Part shown: in pieces, positions 44,614-57,728 of the stretch
Position numbering within the stretch: position 1 is the first letter of the stretch
Layout: every line of letters begins with the position of its first letter
Assembly: GCA_965240325.2 (NCBI GenBank)
Contig: OZ251226.1
Location: 3,348,001-3,412,000, forward strand
Reading direction: 5' to 3'
DNA from: Rebecca billardiae RCC1528
Lineage: Eukaryota > Protista > Haptophyta
Length of the DNA: 64,000 nt
Position numbers and translations under genes: made by a program
The notes under the pieces: generated by a model
What the model saw: the letters and a program-made list of their open reading frames with translations, nothing else
Told to the model about the DNA's origin: nothing
The model's database searches: none

Positions 44614-46908
44614 CTAGCTCGTGGTCGAAGTCGCTTGGGGAGGCGGCGAGCGCGAGCGCGACGCACTCGGCTCCGAGCGCGGGGCGTGCCGATCCGTCTG
44701 CTCGGGCGTCCGAGTCGGCGACAGCGAGCCGCGCGACGCGGCCCGCGACGCCGGCTGCGACAGCACCAAGGGGACCCCTGAGCCGAGCACGAGCTTCGGG
44801 CTGGGCCTGCGCGCGAGGATGTCGCGCGACGCCTGCAGCGGCGACGGGAACGTGCGGCTGTGGTTCGCGCTGCGCGAGGGTGCGCCGGCGCTCTGCACGG
44901 TGTGCGGCACGGTGAGCGCCGCGCCCTGCGGCCGGAGGTGGTCGTCGTGCCCGTCGGCGAGGCGGCGCTGCTCGAGGTGGAACCGCGCCACGATCGCCTC
45001 GAGCGCCTCGCGCATCATGCGGTTGAACGCGGCGAGCGTCCCCGTGCCCGCCTCGATCGTCTCCAGCAGCCGCGCGCGGTCCGCGCTCACCGAGCACGCG
45101 GTGCGGTGCACCTCAAAGTCTGCGGGGTTGAGCTCGTACCCCTGGATGGGGCGCAGCTCGACCTGGTCGATGTCGCCGCCCATCTGCAGGAAGATGAAGA
45201 GCTCGGTCACGCACCAGCTGCGCGCACACGCGCGCACGCGGTGCCAGCAAGGCGCGCGCGCACGGCCGGCGGTGAGCGCGCGCACGGCACGCACGCACGC
45301 ACGCACACACACTCGCACGCCTATGCCTGAGGGGGCCGGGGGGCACCTCTCGGCGCGGGGCGGGCGCGCACAGCCGAGTGAGGTACGTCGGCCCGGCGAG
45401 GATGAGCAGCGACTTGCACCCCGCGAGGAACACGGGCAGCGCGGCGAGGTTGATGGCGATGTTGGACTGATCGATGCAGCACTTGTCGACTGCTCAAGGC
45501 GCACAGCACAGCGCGCAGCGCGCGCGCAGCGCAGCGCAGCGCAGCGCAGCGCAGCCGCGGGCCGGGCGGCGCGCGTCGCGCGCGGGGCGGCGCGGCGTGA
45601 GCGGGGCGAGGCGGCCGCGCGGGCGAGGCCGCGCGCCGGCGCGGGCGGGCGTGCCCAGACGCGCGCCACGTACACCAAAGGATGGGCTCGCGCTTGTGCT
45701 GCCGCGCAAAGCTCGCGCGGAAGCGCTGCAACTCCGTCCACTTGCCCGCCGCCGGGTCGTGCCAGCTGCAGCGCGCAGACGCGCGCAAACGCGCAGTGCG
45801 GCGCGGCGTGGGGGCGGCGGTGCGGCACGGCGAGGCGGTCAGGCGCGCGGCGCACGCGCGGCGCGGCGCGCGCGGCGCGCGCGGCGCGCGCGCCGCGCCG
45901 CGCGCACGAGTGCGAGATGAAGGCGTCGACGGCGCCGAGCGTCGCGCGCGAGGTGAGCAGGTAGAGCGACGGGTCGGCCACGTTCGACGCAAAGTGCATG
46001 TACACGATGGACGTGGCGGGCATGCAGCGGAAGAGCTCGTGCGCGTTGGAGAGGACGGTGTCGACCGGCTGGCCGCCGAGCAGCGCCGTCAGCCCCGCCG
46101 CCGCCGCCAGCGTCTCCCCGCGCTGCGCGAGCCACGCGTGCACGGACATGCGGAACGAGGGCAGCCGTGCCGCACCGCCCAGGAACAGCTGCTCAAGGGC
46201 GAGCGCGATGTTGCACGCGACGGAGATGGTGTCGGCGAAGACGCCGAGGCGCATGGCCACGGCGACGAGGAGGAGCGTCAGCACGCCGCTCGTCATGAAC
46301 AGCCGGCCAACCACCTGCCAGATCACGTCGACCATCGTGCGCGTCGGCGTGCGCATCCACACGGTGTGCGCCGAGAGCGCGGCCGCGTGCAGCGCGAGCA
46401 GCGCGAGGATCGTGAAGGTGACGGCCTCGAAGAGGTACCACCAGCACGGCGGCGAGGCGTGCACGCACCGCCCGGCCGCATCCGCGTCCGAGAACGCGAC
46501 GATCGGCAAGGCCACGCGGCTGTACAGCAGGCTGATGCCGCCGGCCGCCAGCACGAGGCTCGAGACCACGAGGACCGCGGTCGCGAGCCGGCGCCCGGTG
46601 GGCACGACCGTGAGGACGGCCACGAAGGTGCCGAGCTGTATGACGAGGGTCGAAAGCGGCCCGTACGACGGATTGGCCCCGACGGTGCGGAACCAGTAGT
46701 TCAGGCCGAGGCCGAGCACAAAGAGCGAGAGGCCGACGACCAGCGTCGGCACCTGGATGCGCAACCGGCGACGCCGCCCAGCAACCGTCGCGAGGTACAG
46801 CCGATGGCGCACTGCGTCTGAGCTGTCGGCAGCCAGTTGCGCGACGCGTACCGCGACGTCCCCACGCGGTGGAGTATCCGGCGCGACGCGGGTCATCGAG
46901 CGACCCAT
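44614..46908 (-). CDS. Multi-pass membrane protein with a C-terminal TIR/HET-like domain; introns 45907-45766, 45673-45490, 45371-45218
   Basis: About six hydrophobic helices. The spliced domain reads DAFISHSWHD...LWFDKCCIDQ...LAGPTYLTRLWCVTELF. Confidence 0.8.
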   Translation of the reverse strand: MGRSMTRVAPDTPPRGDVAVRVAQLAADSSDAVRHRLYLATVAGRRRRLRIQVPTLVVGLSLFVLGLGLNYWFRTVGANPSYGPLSTLVIQLGTFVAVLTVVPTGRRLATAVLVVSSLVLAAGGISLLYSRVALPIVAFSDADAAGRCVHASPPCWWYLFEAVTFTILALLALHAAALSAHTVWMRTPTRTMVDVIWQVVGRLFMTSGVLTLLLVAVAMRLGVFADTISVACNIALALEQLFLGGAARLPSFRMSVHAWLAQRGETLAAAAGLTALLGGQPVDTVLSNAHELFRCMPATSIVYMHFASNVADPSLYLLTSRATLGAVDAFISHSCARRGARAARAARAAPRVRRAPDRLAVPHRRPHAAPHCAFARVCALQLARPGGGQVDGVAALPRELCAAAQARAHPLVYVARVWARPPAPARGLARAAASPRSRRAAPRATRAARPAAALRCAALRCARAARCAVRLEQSTSAASISPTSPSTSPRCPCSSRGASRCSSSPGRRTSLGCARPPRAERCPPAPSGIGVRVCVRACVRAVRALTAGRARAPCWHRVRACARSWCVTELFIFLQMGGDIDQVELRPIQGYELNPADFEVHRTACSVSADRARLLETIEAGTGTLAAFNRMMREALEAIVARFHLEQRRLADGHDDHLRPQGAALTVPHTVQSAGAPSRSANHSRTFPSPLQASRDILARRPSPKLVLGSGVPLVLSQPASRAASRGSLSPTRTPEQTDRHAPRSEPSASRSRSPPPQATSTTS

Positions 46909-47372
46909 CACGCGCCCCGGGGAGAGGGGGGGCGAGCTAGCTCGGGGTTATTCAGGCTTGCTTGTGGGCTGCTAAGACTTTCGGCTTGACAGCTAAGTAG
47001 ATGCAAGGGGCCCGCGCCGCGTGGTTCTATGCCGGTTGATGGCGACGCGGTAATGACTACCCATCACGGCCCTCGTGACTAGTCAAAAGCCACCCTTCTC
47101 CCGGTAGTGGGTGATCAGTAATTGGCTAATTGCCGCGGCGAGCCCATGAGAACATTTTTAGCCGGCCTCACCTTCGTGTGCCCCTCTAACGTACGTCAAC
47201 GGCTCAACGCAGTTTCCATTTTTGACGAATGTAGTAATGTACCCATACAGTACACTCATAGAATGATACAGCACGAAGTTCACTAGTTCAGTGTTCACAC
47301 TTCACGCGCGTACAATTTACCCTGATGTAACCGCCTACTGTATCCGCTGAAGAGCGGGCGTAGTAAACTGTA

Positions 47373-47703
47373 CAGGGGGGCCACACTATAACTGTCGAGT
47401 TTGAAACGGCGTCCAGGTTGGGCGAAAAAAAAAGATTCGCCCCCTAGGGCATCCGTCAACGACGTGAGCCGTACCACGGCATTGTGCGGCAGCTGGAGGT
47501 CGGGCATTCGGTCGGGTGCACCCGCGCGCTGTCCGGCGCGCTTGCCGGTGGCTCCGCGGATGTCATGACAGTCCGCGTTCCCCTCCCCGCGCCCATGTCC
47601 GACCACGCCGCGCCCGCCAACGCGCGCGCGCCCCGAGATGCGCACCTTGGCCGTCTGGAGCTTCGTGCGTTTCAGACTCGACACTTATACTATGGCCCCC
47701 CTG
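47373..47703. mobile_element. Tc1/mariner-type MITE of about 330 bp, TA TSD
   Basis: TA|CAGGGGGGCCACACTATAACTGTCGAGTTTGAAACG and its inverse ending at 47703|TA (4 mismatches in 36). Confidence 0.9.
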
Positions 47704-47704
47704 T

Positions 47705-48168
47705 ACTCATTCTATGATTTAACGACACAGGTAGGACGACGCAGGTCTCCTGATTCGTCGGCGGCAGTGCCCGATCGTCGACACGAAGTCGGCGTTGGTG
47801 GCAGAGCATAGCCTGCACCGCGATCGGATTGCTTGAGCGCGGCCGCTTGAGCTGCTGGAGCGCGATCCACCTGCGCTGCGCGGCTCGCATGGCCCTGCTG
47901 TGCCCCGAGCGAGGGCGATGGTGCAGGTCCGGATGTCAGCTGGCAGTCTCAGCCGCTGGTAGCAGCTGGTCGAGCCTGCCCCGTGCTCCCCGGGCGGTCG
48001 CGTACGCGCCTGCCGCTCAAGCCAGCTGGCTGGCTGGCGGCGGCTGGCGCTGCGGCGTCGTCCAGGGTGCGCTTCGTCCGCTGCTGCGGCAGCTCCTCGT
48101 CGTCCAAGTCGTCGCCCGGGGGCGAGTCTCGGTGTACTGTGTGCGTCGGCTTAGTTCTTAGTAAACTG
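47705..48168. mobile_element. Short element with asymmetric, imperfect ends of the CAGTTTACTA/CTCATTCTATGA family
   Basis: Left end is the 38-bp unit also at 15325. Right end tgtgtgcgtcggcttagttcttagtaaactg is a variant of the 901/5125 unit. Confidence 0.5.
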
Positions 48169-48418
48169 ATGTAGCTAATCCGATCCGGCCGTCCTGGTGC
48201 CTGAAATGGCGTCACCGCCAAGCGCCGCCGCGCCACGGAACCCATGCGCTTATGCGTGCGTGCCCGCTCCCGAGTCCCGGCAATGGCGCCTTCTCAAGGC
48301 CGCCGCCCGCGCTCTTGCTGTTGAGTGTTGCGTCTGAGTTGCGCATCTGTACGAATCCGCAGCAGCCGGCATTATAACACGTTGCCGCACCGAATCCGTA
48401 TGAGTATCGGGCCCGCCA

Positions 48419-49872
<1,454 letters not shown>

Positions 49873-50112
49873 TATATATATATATATATTAAATAAAATA
49901 TTCCCCGCGATTGCCTAGCTAGGCGAGTCGTCGTGGACTCAGAGTGCCGAGGGTGCGACGGAGCCGGCCGTGCGCGGCATCCAATAGCCATCGCAGGACC
50001 CTGTCAGTCAGATGGCAGCGGCCCGACGCTGAGGCGCACAGCGCAGCCCTGCGGCTGGCCGACGCCCCGGTGCACAGATGACAGAGGGCTCCGGCTCGGA
50101 TCGACGAGGGCA

Positions 50113-50710
50113 TCAGCGGTACCCCCGCGCGCGGACTATTCTCGCCAGGCGCGGCGTGATCCACAGCGTCACGGGCAGCCGCATCGGCTCGGTGAACTTG
50201 GCGAGGATCCACGCGGCCGCAAAGTTGCTCGCCTTTGGGTTGAGGCCGTCGAGGTCGACCAGCCGGTCGGCGCCGACGTACTTGAGGAGCGTGAGCGCGT
50301 CCGCGGCGAGCAGCACCTGCGGCGCGCGTGTGGGCATGCGCGGGGGCTCGCGAGGGCGGCTCGGAGGCGCCCTGCGCCGTGGTGGCGCGGCACGGCGTGC
50401 GCGCGACGGGGCGCGCGCGCACCCCGCTGTCAATCCCCACAAACAGGCCGCCGAGCGTGGCGAAGTAGACGGAGAAGTGCGTGACCAGGCCGACGGGCCC
50501 GTACTCTCGCACGAGCCATCTGATCTTGCCGACGACGCCGCCGCCTTCCGGGTACTTGGGCGCCGTCGTCAGCACGCGCGCCATGTGCCCCGCGCATCGG
50601 CTCGCGGGAGGCTGCGTGCCGCATCGCCATGGCGCGTGGGCGGCGGGGCGTGCGACGAGCGCTCGCGTGGCCGACGGGCGCACGGCCAGTCGCGAGAGGG
50701 CGCGGTGCAT
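50113..50710 (-). CDS. FAM210/DUF1279 mitochondrial membrane protein; intron 50422-50317
   Basis: Presequence, then KIRWLVREYGPVGLVTHFSVYF and FAAAWILAKFTEPMRLPVTLWITP. Confidence 0.85.
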
Positions 50711-50871
50711 GCGTGCCACGCCCTTCACGAGCTCGTGCGGCGGTGCGTGCGATGCGTGCTGCACGGTGCTGCTGCGCAATTCGCTGCTCAGCAGTGCGCT
50801 GCACCGCCTCCCATCACTCGGATGATCAGTGTGTGCGCACTTTGCGTCTCTGCGGCTCTCGGCCGCTGTTG

Positions 50872-53800
50872 ATGCTGGCCGGTGCATCCAACGAGCCACG
50901 TGCGTCCCGCCCGGACCACCCCGCGCCCGGAGCGGCGGGAGCGCAGCGCTTCGCGCCGCGCTTGAAGCAAGGAGCGCTTGCTCACCGCGCGCGGGTCTCG
51001 CCGCGCGCCGACTGCGCGCGCGCGCGCACGCAGGCCGAGGCCCGTGGGGCGAGCGCGCGGCCGCCCCGGTGGCCGCGCCGCCCGGCCGCAGCCCTGGAGC
51101 ACCCGCTGCTCGACGCGCCGCTCGACGAGGCCGTCGCCTCCGCGCCCGCGCTGCTGCGCGCGCCGCACACGTCGGCCGAGTCGACGGTCGCGCTGCTGCG
51201 CCGGCTGCAGCTCGAGGGCGACGCGCGCGGCGTGCCGAGGCTGGCGCGCGCGCTCGCGGCGTGGGGCACGCCGTCCGCCGCCGCGACGCGCGCGCTGCTC
51301 GAGCTGCTCCTCTGCGTCGAGGCCGCCGCCGCGGTCGAGCTGCTGCCGGCTGTGAGCACGCTCGTCGGCCCGCGTCCGGGCGCCGAGCTCGAGCAGGTTG
51401 TCGCGGCGTACCAGGCGCTGGTCGCGGCGGACCGCGGCGCGCTGCTCCCGGTGCTCGGCTCGCTCGTCGAGCTCCCGCTCCCCGCGCCCGCGCGCGAGGA
51501 GGTCGGCCAGCTCGCCCTCGCCGCGCTCCGCGTCGTGGACGAGGCGGACGTGCCTGCGCTCGCGCGCTCGGTGCTCGCGCTCACAGCCGAGGTGAGGGTT
51601 GAAGGGTCGAGCCCTCACCGCTCGGTGCTCGCGCTCGCGCACCCGGGGGGCGCGGGCGGAGGGGGGAAGGGCGCGCGGAAGGGCGCGCGGGCGGAGGGCG
51701 GTGCGGCGCGGGCCGAGCGGGTGGTGTGCGCGCTGCGCGCCGCCGCGCGCGCGCTGCGCCCCGCCGCGCTCGCGCTCACAGCCGAGGTCGTGTGCGGCGC
51801 GCTGCGGCTGCAGCACAGCGCCGCGTGCGCGTACGTGCGCGCGCTGGGCCGCGAGCCGCCGGGCGGCTGGAGCGCGCTGGACGTGCTGTGCGCGCTGGCG
51901 CTGTGCGCGCACGCGGCGCACGGCCGCGCGGCGTGCGCCGCGCTCGCGCGGCTGCTCGCCGGCCCCGACGCCGGCCGCGCGGGCGCCGCGCTGCTGCGCC
52001 GCACGGTGCGCGAGCCCGCGCTCGCGCCCGCGGCCTCGGCCGATCTGCCGGCCGCGTGCGCCGCGCTGCTGTCGTGCGCGCGCGGCGCGAAGGGCGGCGC
52101 GGCGGCGTGGCTGGGCGGGTGCCGGCTGGCTTGCGCGGCGCTGCGCGAGGCGGCGCGCCCCTCCGCGCCCGCGCCGCTGTGCGCGCGCCGCGCCGCCCTC
52201 CTGTCCGCGCTGCTGCTTGCTCTCAGCCGGCGCGCGCGCGAGCTGGGGTGCGCGCGCGCGCGCGCGGCGGCCGCCGAGCGTGGCGGCGGCGCGGCGGCGT
52301 GCGCGCGCGCGGAGGCGGAGGCGCGCGGCGCGGAGGCGGACGCGCGCGCGTGCGCGCGCGCGCTCGAGGCCGTCGTGCGCGCCGGCCCCGCCGCGCCCGC
52401 GCGCGCCGCCGCGCTGTGCGCGCACGCCGCGCCGCTCGCAGAGGCGTGGGAGGCGCTCTCCGCCGCGCTGCCCGCGGCGGCGCGCCGCGCGCTCGCGCGC
52501 ACGCTCGGCGCGCTGTGCGCGGGCGGCGGCGAGGGCGGCGGCGGCGGGCGGCTGCGCGCCTCCCTGCTCACCGCGTACGTGCAGAAGCCGCTGATGGCCG
52601 CCGCGCGCCGCGCCGCCGCCGAGGCGTCGGGCGCGCGCGGCGCGCCGTGCGCGCGCACGGCGCGCGACGGCGGCCGCGGCCTCGGCGGCGCGTGCGCGGC
52701 GCTCGAGCTGGGCGGCGCGCTGCTGGGCGGCGCGGGACGCGAGGCGCGCGCGGCGGAGGGCGCGCAGCAGCTGGTGCGCTGGGCGCTGGGCGCGCTGCAC
52801 AGCGCGGGGCACTCCGCACAGCCGCGCGCACCGCCGCACGGCGCGGCCGCGCTCGTGTGTGCGCTCGCGCGCTGCGCGCTGCCGCCGCCGCCGAGCGCCG
52901 CGCACGCCGAGGGCGGCGTGCTCGGCGGGCGCGCGGCGGCGCTGTCGCTTGCGCACGCGCACCTCTGGCCGACGCTGTGCGCTGTGCTGCGCCTGCAGCA
53001 CCTGCCGCGCGCGCGCGCGCACGCGGCGGCGGGCGCGCGCGCGCCGGGCGCCGCGGCCAAGCGCGCCGCGCCCGCCGCGTGGCGCGGCGCGCACGCGGCG
53101 TGCGCGCACGCCGCGGCGGCGGCGCTGGGCGGCGGTGCTGCAGAGGGCGCGCGCGACGACGGCGCGGAGGGCGCGCGCGCCGCGCCGCCGCCGCCGCCGC
53201 TGCTCAGCGCCTCGCCGTGCGCGCCACCCGACGGCGCGGCCGCCGCCTACTGCTATGACGCGGCCGGCGCGCTGTGGCCGCTGCCGCCCTCGGCGCGCGC
53301 GGCCGCGCTCGCAGAGACGTGCGCGGCGCTGGCGGCGGTGGACGCGCTGGGCAGGGCGTGCGCGGCGGCTGGCGGCGGCGCGCGCGGCGGCGGCGGCGCG
53401 AGCGCGGCGGCGGCGGCGCCGCCACCCGCGCCACCGCCGCCCGCGCCCACGCCCGCCGCGGCGGGCGCGGCGGCGGGCGGCAGCGCCGCGGGCGCGGCGC
53501 GCGGCGGCGGCGGCGGCGCGCCGCCGCCGCTGCCGCCGCTGCCGGCGTCGCGCGCCGAGTGGCTCGCGCTCGCGCCGGCGCTGCCCGCGCCGGTGCTGCG
53601 CGCGGTGCGCGGCCCCGCGCCGTCGCCGCTCGGCGCCTTGCTCGCCGCGCACCGCGCGCCGCACGAGCCGCCGAGCGCCGCCGCCGCGCCGTGCGCACGC
53701 GCGCCCACCGCCGCCGCGGCCTCTGCTGCGCTGGCGGTGCCGCCCGCGTGCGCGCGCGAGCACGGCGCGCTGGGCTGGGCGTGCGTCGGCGCGGGTGCGC

Positions 53801-54316
53801 TCGGGCTGGCGCTGTGCGAGCGCGCGATCCGCGCCCCCGGCGGCGCGGGCGGCGTGGCGAACGACGCACTGCCGCTGTGCGCCGCGCTGCGCGTCGCGCT
53901 GCGGCTGCAGCTGCTCGGCGCCGAGTGCGCGCGGCGCGCGCGCGCCGAGGGCGGCGGCGCGGACGGCGGCGGCCGCGCGCTCGAGGCGGCGGTGCGCGCC
54001 GCGCGCCCGCCGAGCGCGCGCCTGCTGCGCTGTGCGCTGCGCGCGCTGCCGCACCCCGCGCGCGCGCGCGCGCACGCCGCGCGCGTGTGCGTGGAGACGC
54101 ACCGCGCGCAGTGCCTGCAGCTCCTCAGCGTGGCGGTTGCAAGGCCGCGCGCAGCCGAGGCGGAGGCGCGAGCGCGCGGCGCCGGCCGGCGCGACGGCGC
54201 GGACGCGGACGGAGGCGCGCGCGGTGGCGGCGGCAGCGGCAGCGAGGGCGAGGACAGCAGCTCGGCCGACGGCGGCGGGTGCACGGACGACGACGGCGCG
54301 AGCAGCCGCAGCAGCC

Positions 54317-54349
<33 letters not shown>

Positions 54350-55390
54350 GCGGCGCGGACTCCGACGCCGACGACGCGGACGCCGCGCCGGCCGAGGCGG
54401 AGGGGGCGGCGCGCGCCGTGCGCGCGCGCGGCGGCGCTGAGGAGGGCGCGCGCGCCGCGCGGCGCGTGCTGCGGCTGCTGCGCACGGCGCGCGCGCTGTG
54501 TGCGCGCGTGGCTGAGCTGCGCGGCGCGGCGGCGCTGCGCGCGGCGGCGGGCGGCGGCAGCGAGTGCAGCGACGAGGACGAGGGCGCCGACGCCCACGCC
54601 GACGGCGCCGCCGCCGCCTCGGACGCCGCGCTCGCTGCCGCCGACGCGGCGCCGCTGCCGTGTGCGCGCGCGTGCTGCCACGCGCTCGCCGCGTGCCTCG
54701 ACGGCGCGCGCGCGCTGCTGCTCGCGCGGCCGGCGGCGCGCTCGCACCCGGCGCTGGGCCCCGCGCTGCTCGAGGTGTTCAGGCAGTGCCCCGAGCCGCA
54801 CTGCGCGCTGCTCGCCCTCGCCGCGCTCGAGGCCGCGGCCGCGCCGGCCGGCGGCGCGCGCGCGCTCGGCGCGCGCGGCGGCGCGGCCGGCGCGGCCGGC
54901 GCGGCGGCCGCGCTCCCGCCGCCAGTGTGCCTGGGCAAGCTGTGCGTCGACCTGCTGTGCGCGCCGTTCCCGCTCGTGCTGCGCGAGCTGCGCACGCAGT
55001 ACGCGCCCACGCTCGGCGGCGGCGGCGGGCGCGGCGGCGCGCGCGCGGCGCCGCCGCCCGCCGCCGCGCCGTGCGCGCCGCCGCCGAGCGGCGGCGGCGA
55101 GGCGTGGGCGCGCACGGCGCTGCTGCTGTGCTGCGAGCGCTGGGTGGCGCGCGGCGCGCTCGGGGCGTTCGCGCACACGCTGTGCGCCGCGGCGCTGGGC
55201 GGCGCGGAGGAGGGCGCGGAGGGCGCGTCGTCCGACGCGGAGGACGGCGGCGGCGGCGGCGGCGGCGCGCGGCGCGCGCAGCGGCGCGGCGCGCGCGGCG
55301 GCGCGGCCGGCTCGGCCGCGGCCGCGCGCCGCGCGCCGCAGCGGCGCGCGCGCGAGGGCGGCGCGGCGGCCGAGCGCGGCGCGCCGCCGA

Positions 55391-55424
<34 letters not shown>

Positions 55425-56802
55425 GCGCCTCTCGCCCGCCGCGCGCGCCAGCGCGCGCGCCGCGCTGCCGCAGCTGCTCGGCCTGCTGCTCGCGCGCGCC
55501 GCGCCGCGCGGCCGGTGCGCGGCCGCGCTCGCGCCGCTGCGCGCGGTGGGCGGCGCGTGCGCGCGCGCGCTGCGCGCCGAGGCGGGCGGGATCGCGCGCG
55601 CGCGCGGCACGCCGGGCGCGCGGCGCGCGCTCGCGCGCATGGCGCAGTGCGCCGCGCTCGTGGGCGCGCTGCACGCCGCGCTCGACGCCGCGCTCAGCTG
55701 GCGCGCCGCGCGCGCGGCCGCGGTGCCCGCGGCCGCGCTGCGCGCGCCGTGCGCCGCGCTCGCCGAGTGCGCCGCGGCCGCGCGCGCCGTGCTCGCGGCC
55801 GCGCGGCTCGCGTCGGCCGGCGGCGCGGAGGGCGGCGCCGACGGTGCTGGCGCCGACGGCGGCTCCGAGGGCAGCAGCAGCACCGACGCCGAGGGCGCGC
55901 AGCCGGCGGGCGGCGGCGCGCGCGCGCCCGCGCAGCACCTGCCGTGCGCCGCGCTGCCGCGGCTGCTGCGCCGCGCCACCGCGCTCGACGCCGCGCTCGC
56001 GCGCGCGCGCGCCGCGCACGGCGTCGGCGCGGGCTCGGCCGAGCGCGGCGGCGGCGGCGGCGGCGGCCGCGGCACGGCGCCTCCGGCCCGCGGCCCCCGC
56101 GGCGCGCGCGCGCACGCCGGCTGCGCGCATTCCGGCGCCGCGCCACCCAACGCCGAGCCCTCCCCCGCCTCCGCGCGCGCGCGCGCGGCCGAGCGCGCGG
56201 CGCGCGCCGGCTGGCGCGGGCGGCGCGCGGCCGAGAGCGGCGGCGAGGAGGAGGAGGACGGGGAGGAGGAGGAGGGCGATGAGGGCGAGGAGGGCGAGGA
56301 GCGCGAGGAGGGCGCGGGCTCGGGCAGCAGCGCCGACGACGAGGGCGACGACGAGCACGACGCGGAGGCGGGGCGCGCGGCCGGCAGCGCGGCCGCGCGC
56401 GGCTGGCGCGGCCGCAGCTCTGCCGCCGCGGCGCTGCAGCAGCAGCAGCAGGCGCTGCAGGAGGCGGAGGAGCTGGGGTACTCGGCGCCGAGCGAGTCGG
56501 AGGGCGAGGAGGAGGAGGGCAAGCGCGGCGGCCGCCCGCGCAAGCGCGCGCGCGTCGGCGTGTGCGGCGCGGGCGTGGGCAGCGGCTTTGAGGCCGTGCC
56601 GGCCGCAGGCGCGCTGCTGCTGCGCGCGCAGCGCAGCGGTCAGCCGAGCGCGCCCGTGGTGCTCAGGGGCGCGGCGGGGTGGCAGGGCGGCGCGGCGGCC
56701 GGGGCGGCAGCCGCGGGCGCGGGGCGCCCGCCGCTGCCGCTCCAGCCGCCGCCACTCGGCCCGACGCTGCCACCTCGTCGGCCGCACGGCCCGGTGGTCT
56801 GA
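50872..56802 (+). CDS. Large Ala-rich helical protein with a FANCD2-like N-terminal segment; start uncertain
   Basis: ALLPVLGSLVELPL..REEVGQLALAALRVVDEADVPALARSVL resembles the FANCD2 LTVPILDALS.L.L...L..DLPVII.FIL segment. Acidic tail and NLS RPRKRAR. Confidence 0.55.
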
Positions 56803-57728
56803 GCGGCCGAGCCTCGCAGTCGCAGCGCACTATGACTTATTGACTAGCGCAGCAGACAACGTTTCGATCTCACTGATGAGTATACAGTGAGTGATGATGA
56901 TGAGTATAGACACTACAGAGTACAGTCTACACTCGTCACTGCTACCGTACTATCTAGACTCACTACGTCACCGACATGTAGCCCGTATCGGCCGTCTGCC
57001 GGTATTGTGCCAGTCACTATATAGACACTACGGGCACTCCGTGAGTCCGTGGCACCGTACTCTCCTCCGGACCTCAGACGCGGCGAAGTGAGTGACCGCG
57101 GAGCGGCGCGGGCCACCGCGGTCGGCCGCTGAGCCCCGGCGGCCAGCCGGCAGACCTGAGACCGCAGCCGGCCGACGCGATAAACCTGCCGGCTAAGTGC
57201 CACGACGCGGTCACGACGGACCGGCGTCACGCCGTCAGCACTCAGCGGGCGGCCCGCCCGCCCGCGCACGGCCCGGGCCCGGGCTCCTCAAGCGGAAGGA
57301 CTAGCTGCCGTTGGGACTTGGGGAGTCCGCCGATTTAATCGCCGACATGGATCGACAACGTTCCAAGAAGACTCGCCAGAAGCGGCATTTCGTCGCCTTT
57401 CTTTCGTCTGTCTTTCGACGAACCCGGTGGAACAAGTTCGTTGGCTTTTCTGGTGACACTTCCGGAAACTTTGCAGCAATAATTAGGAGGAATCTCCGTA
57501 GAGGATGGATCATAAAGAATCTCGGGGTGTTAGACGCCGAACCCACTCTACCGCAGTTCCTGCTCGCCGAAGCGCGATGTATCGTTTTCCAATGAGTACA
57601 TACAAATGCGGTGACACCTACCCACTCGGAATGTCATGCCTTCGGCACTCTGCGCAGAGCTCCACCAATCATGCTGAGAGCCTCATTTGCGCCATATCAT
57701 TGTTCCCACAACCTCCCCCATAGCAATC

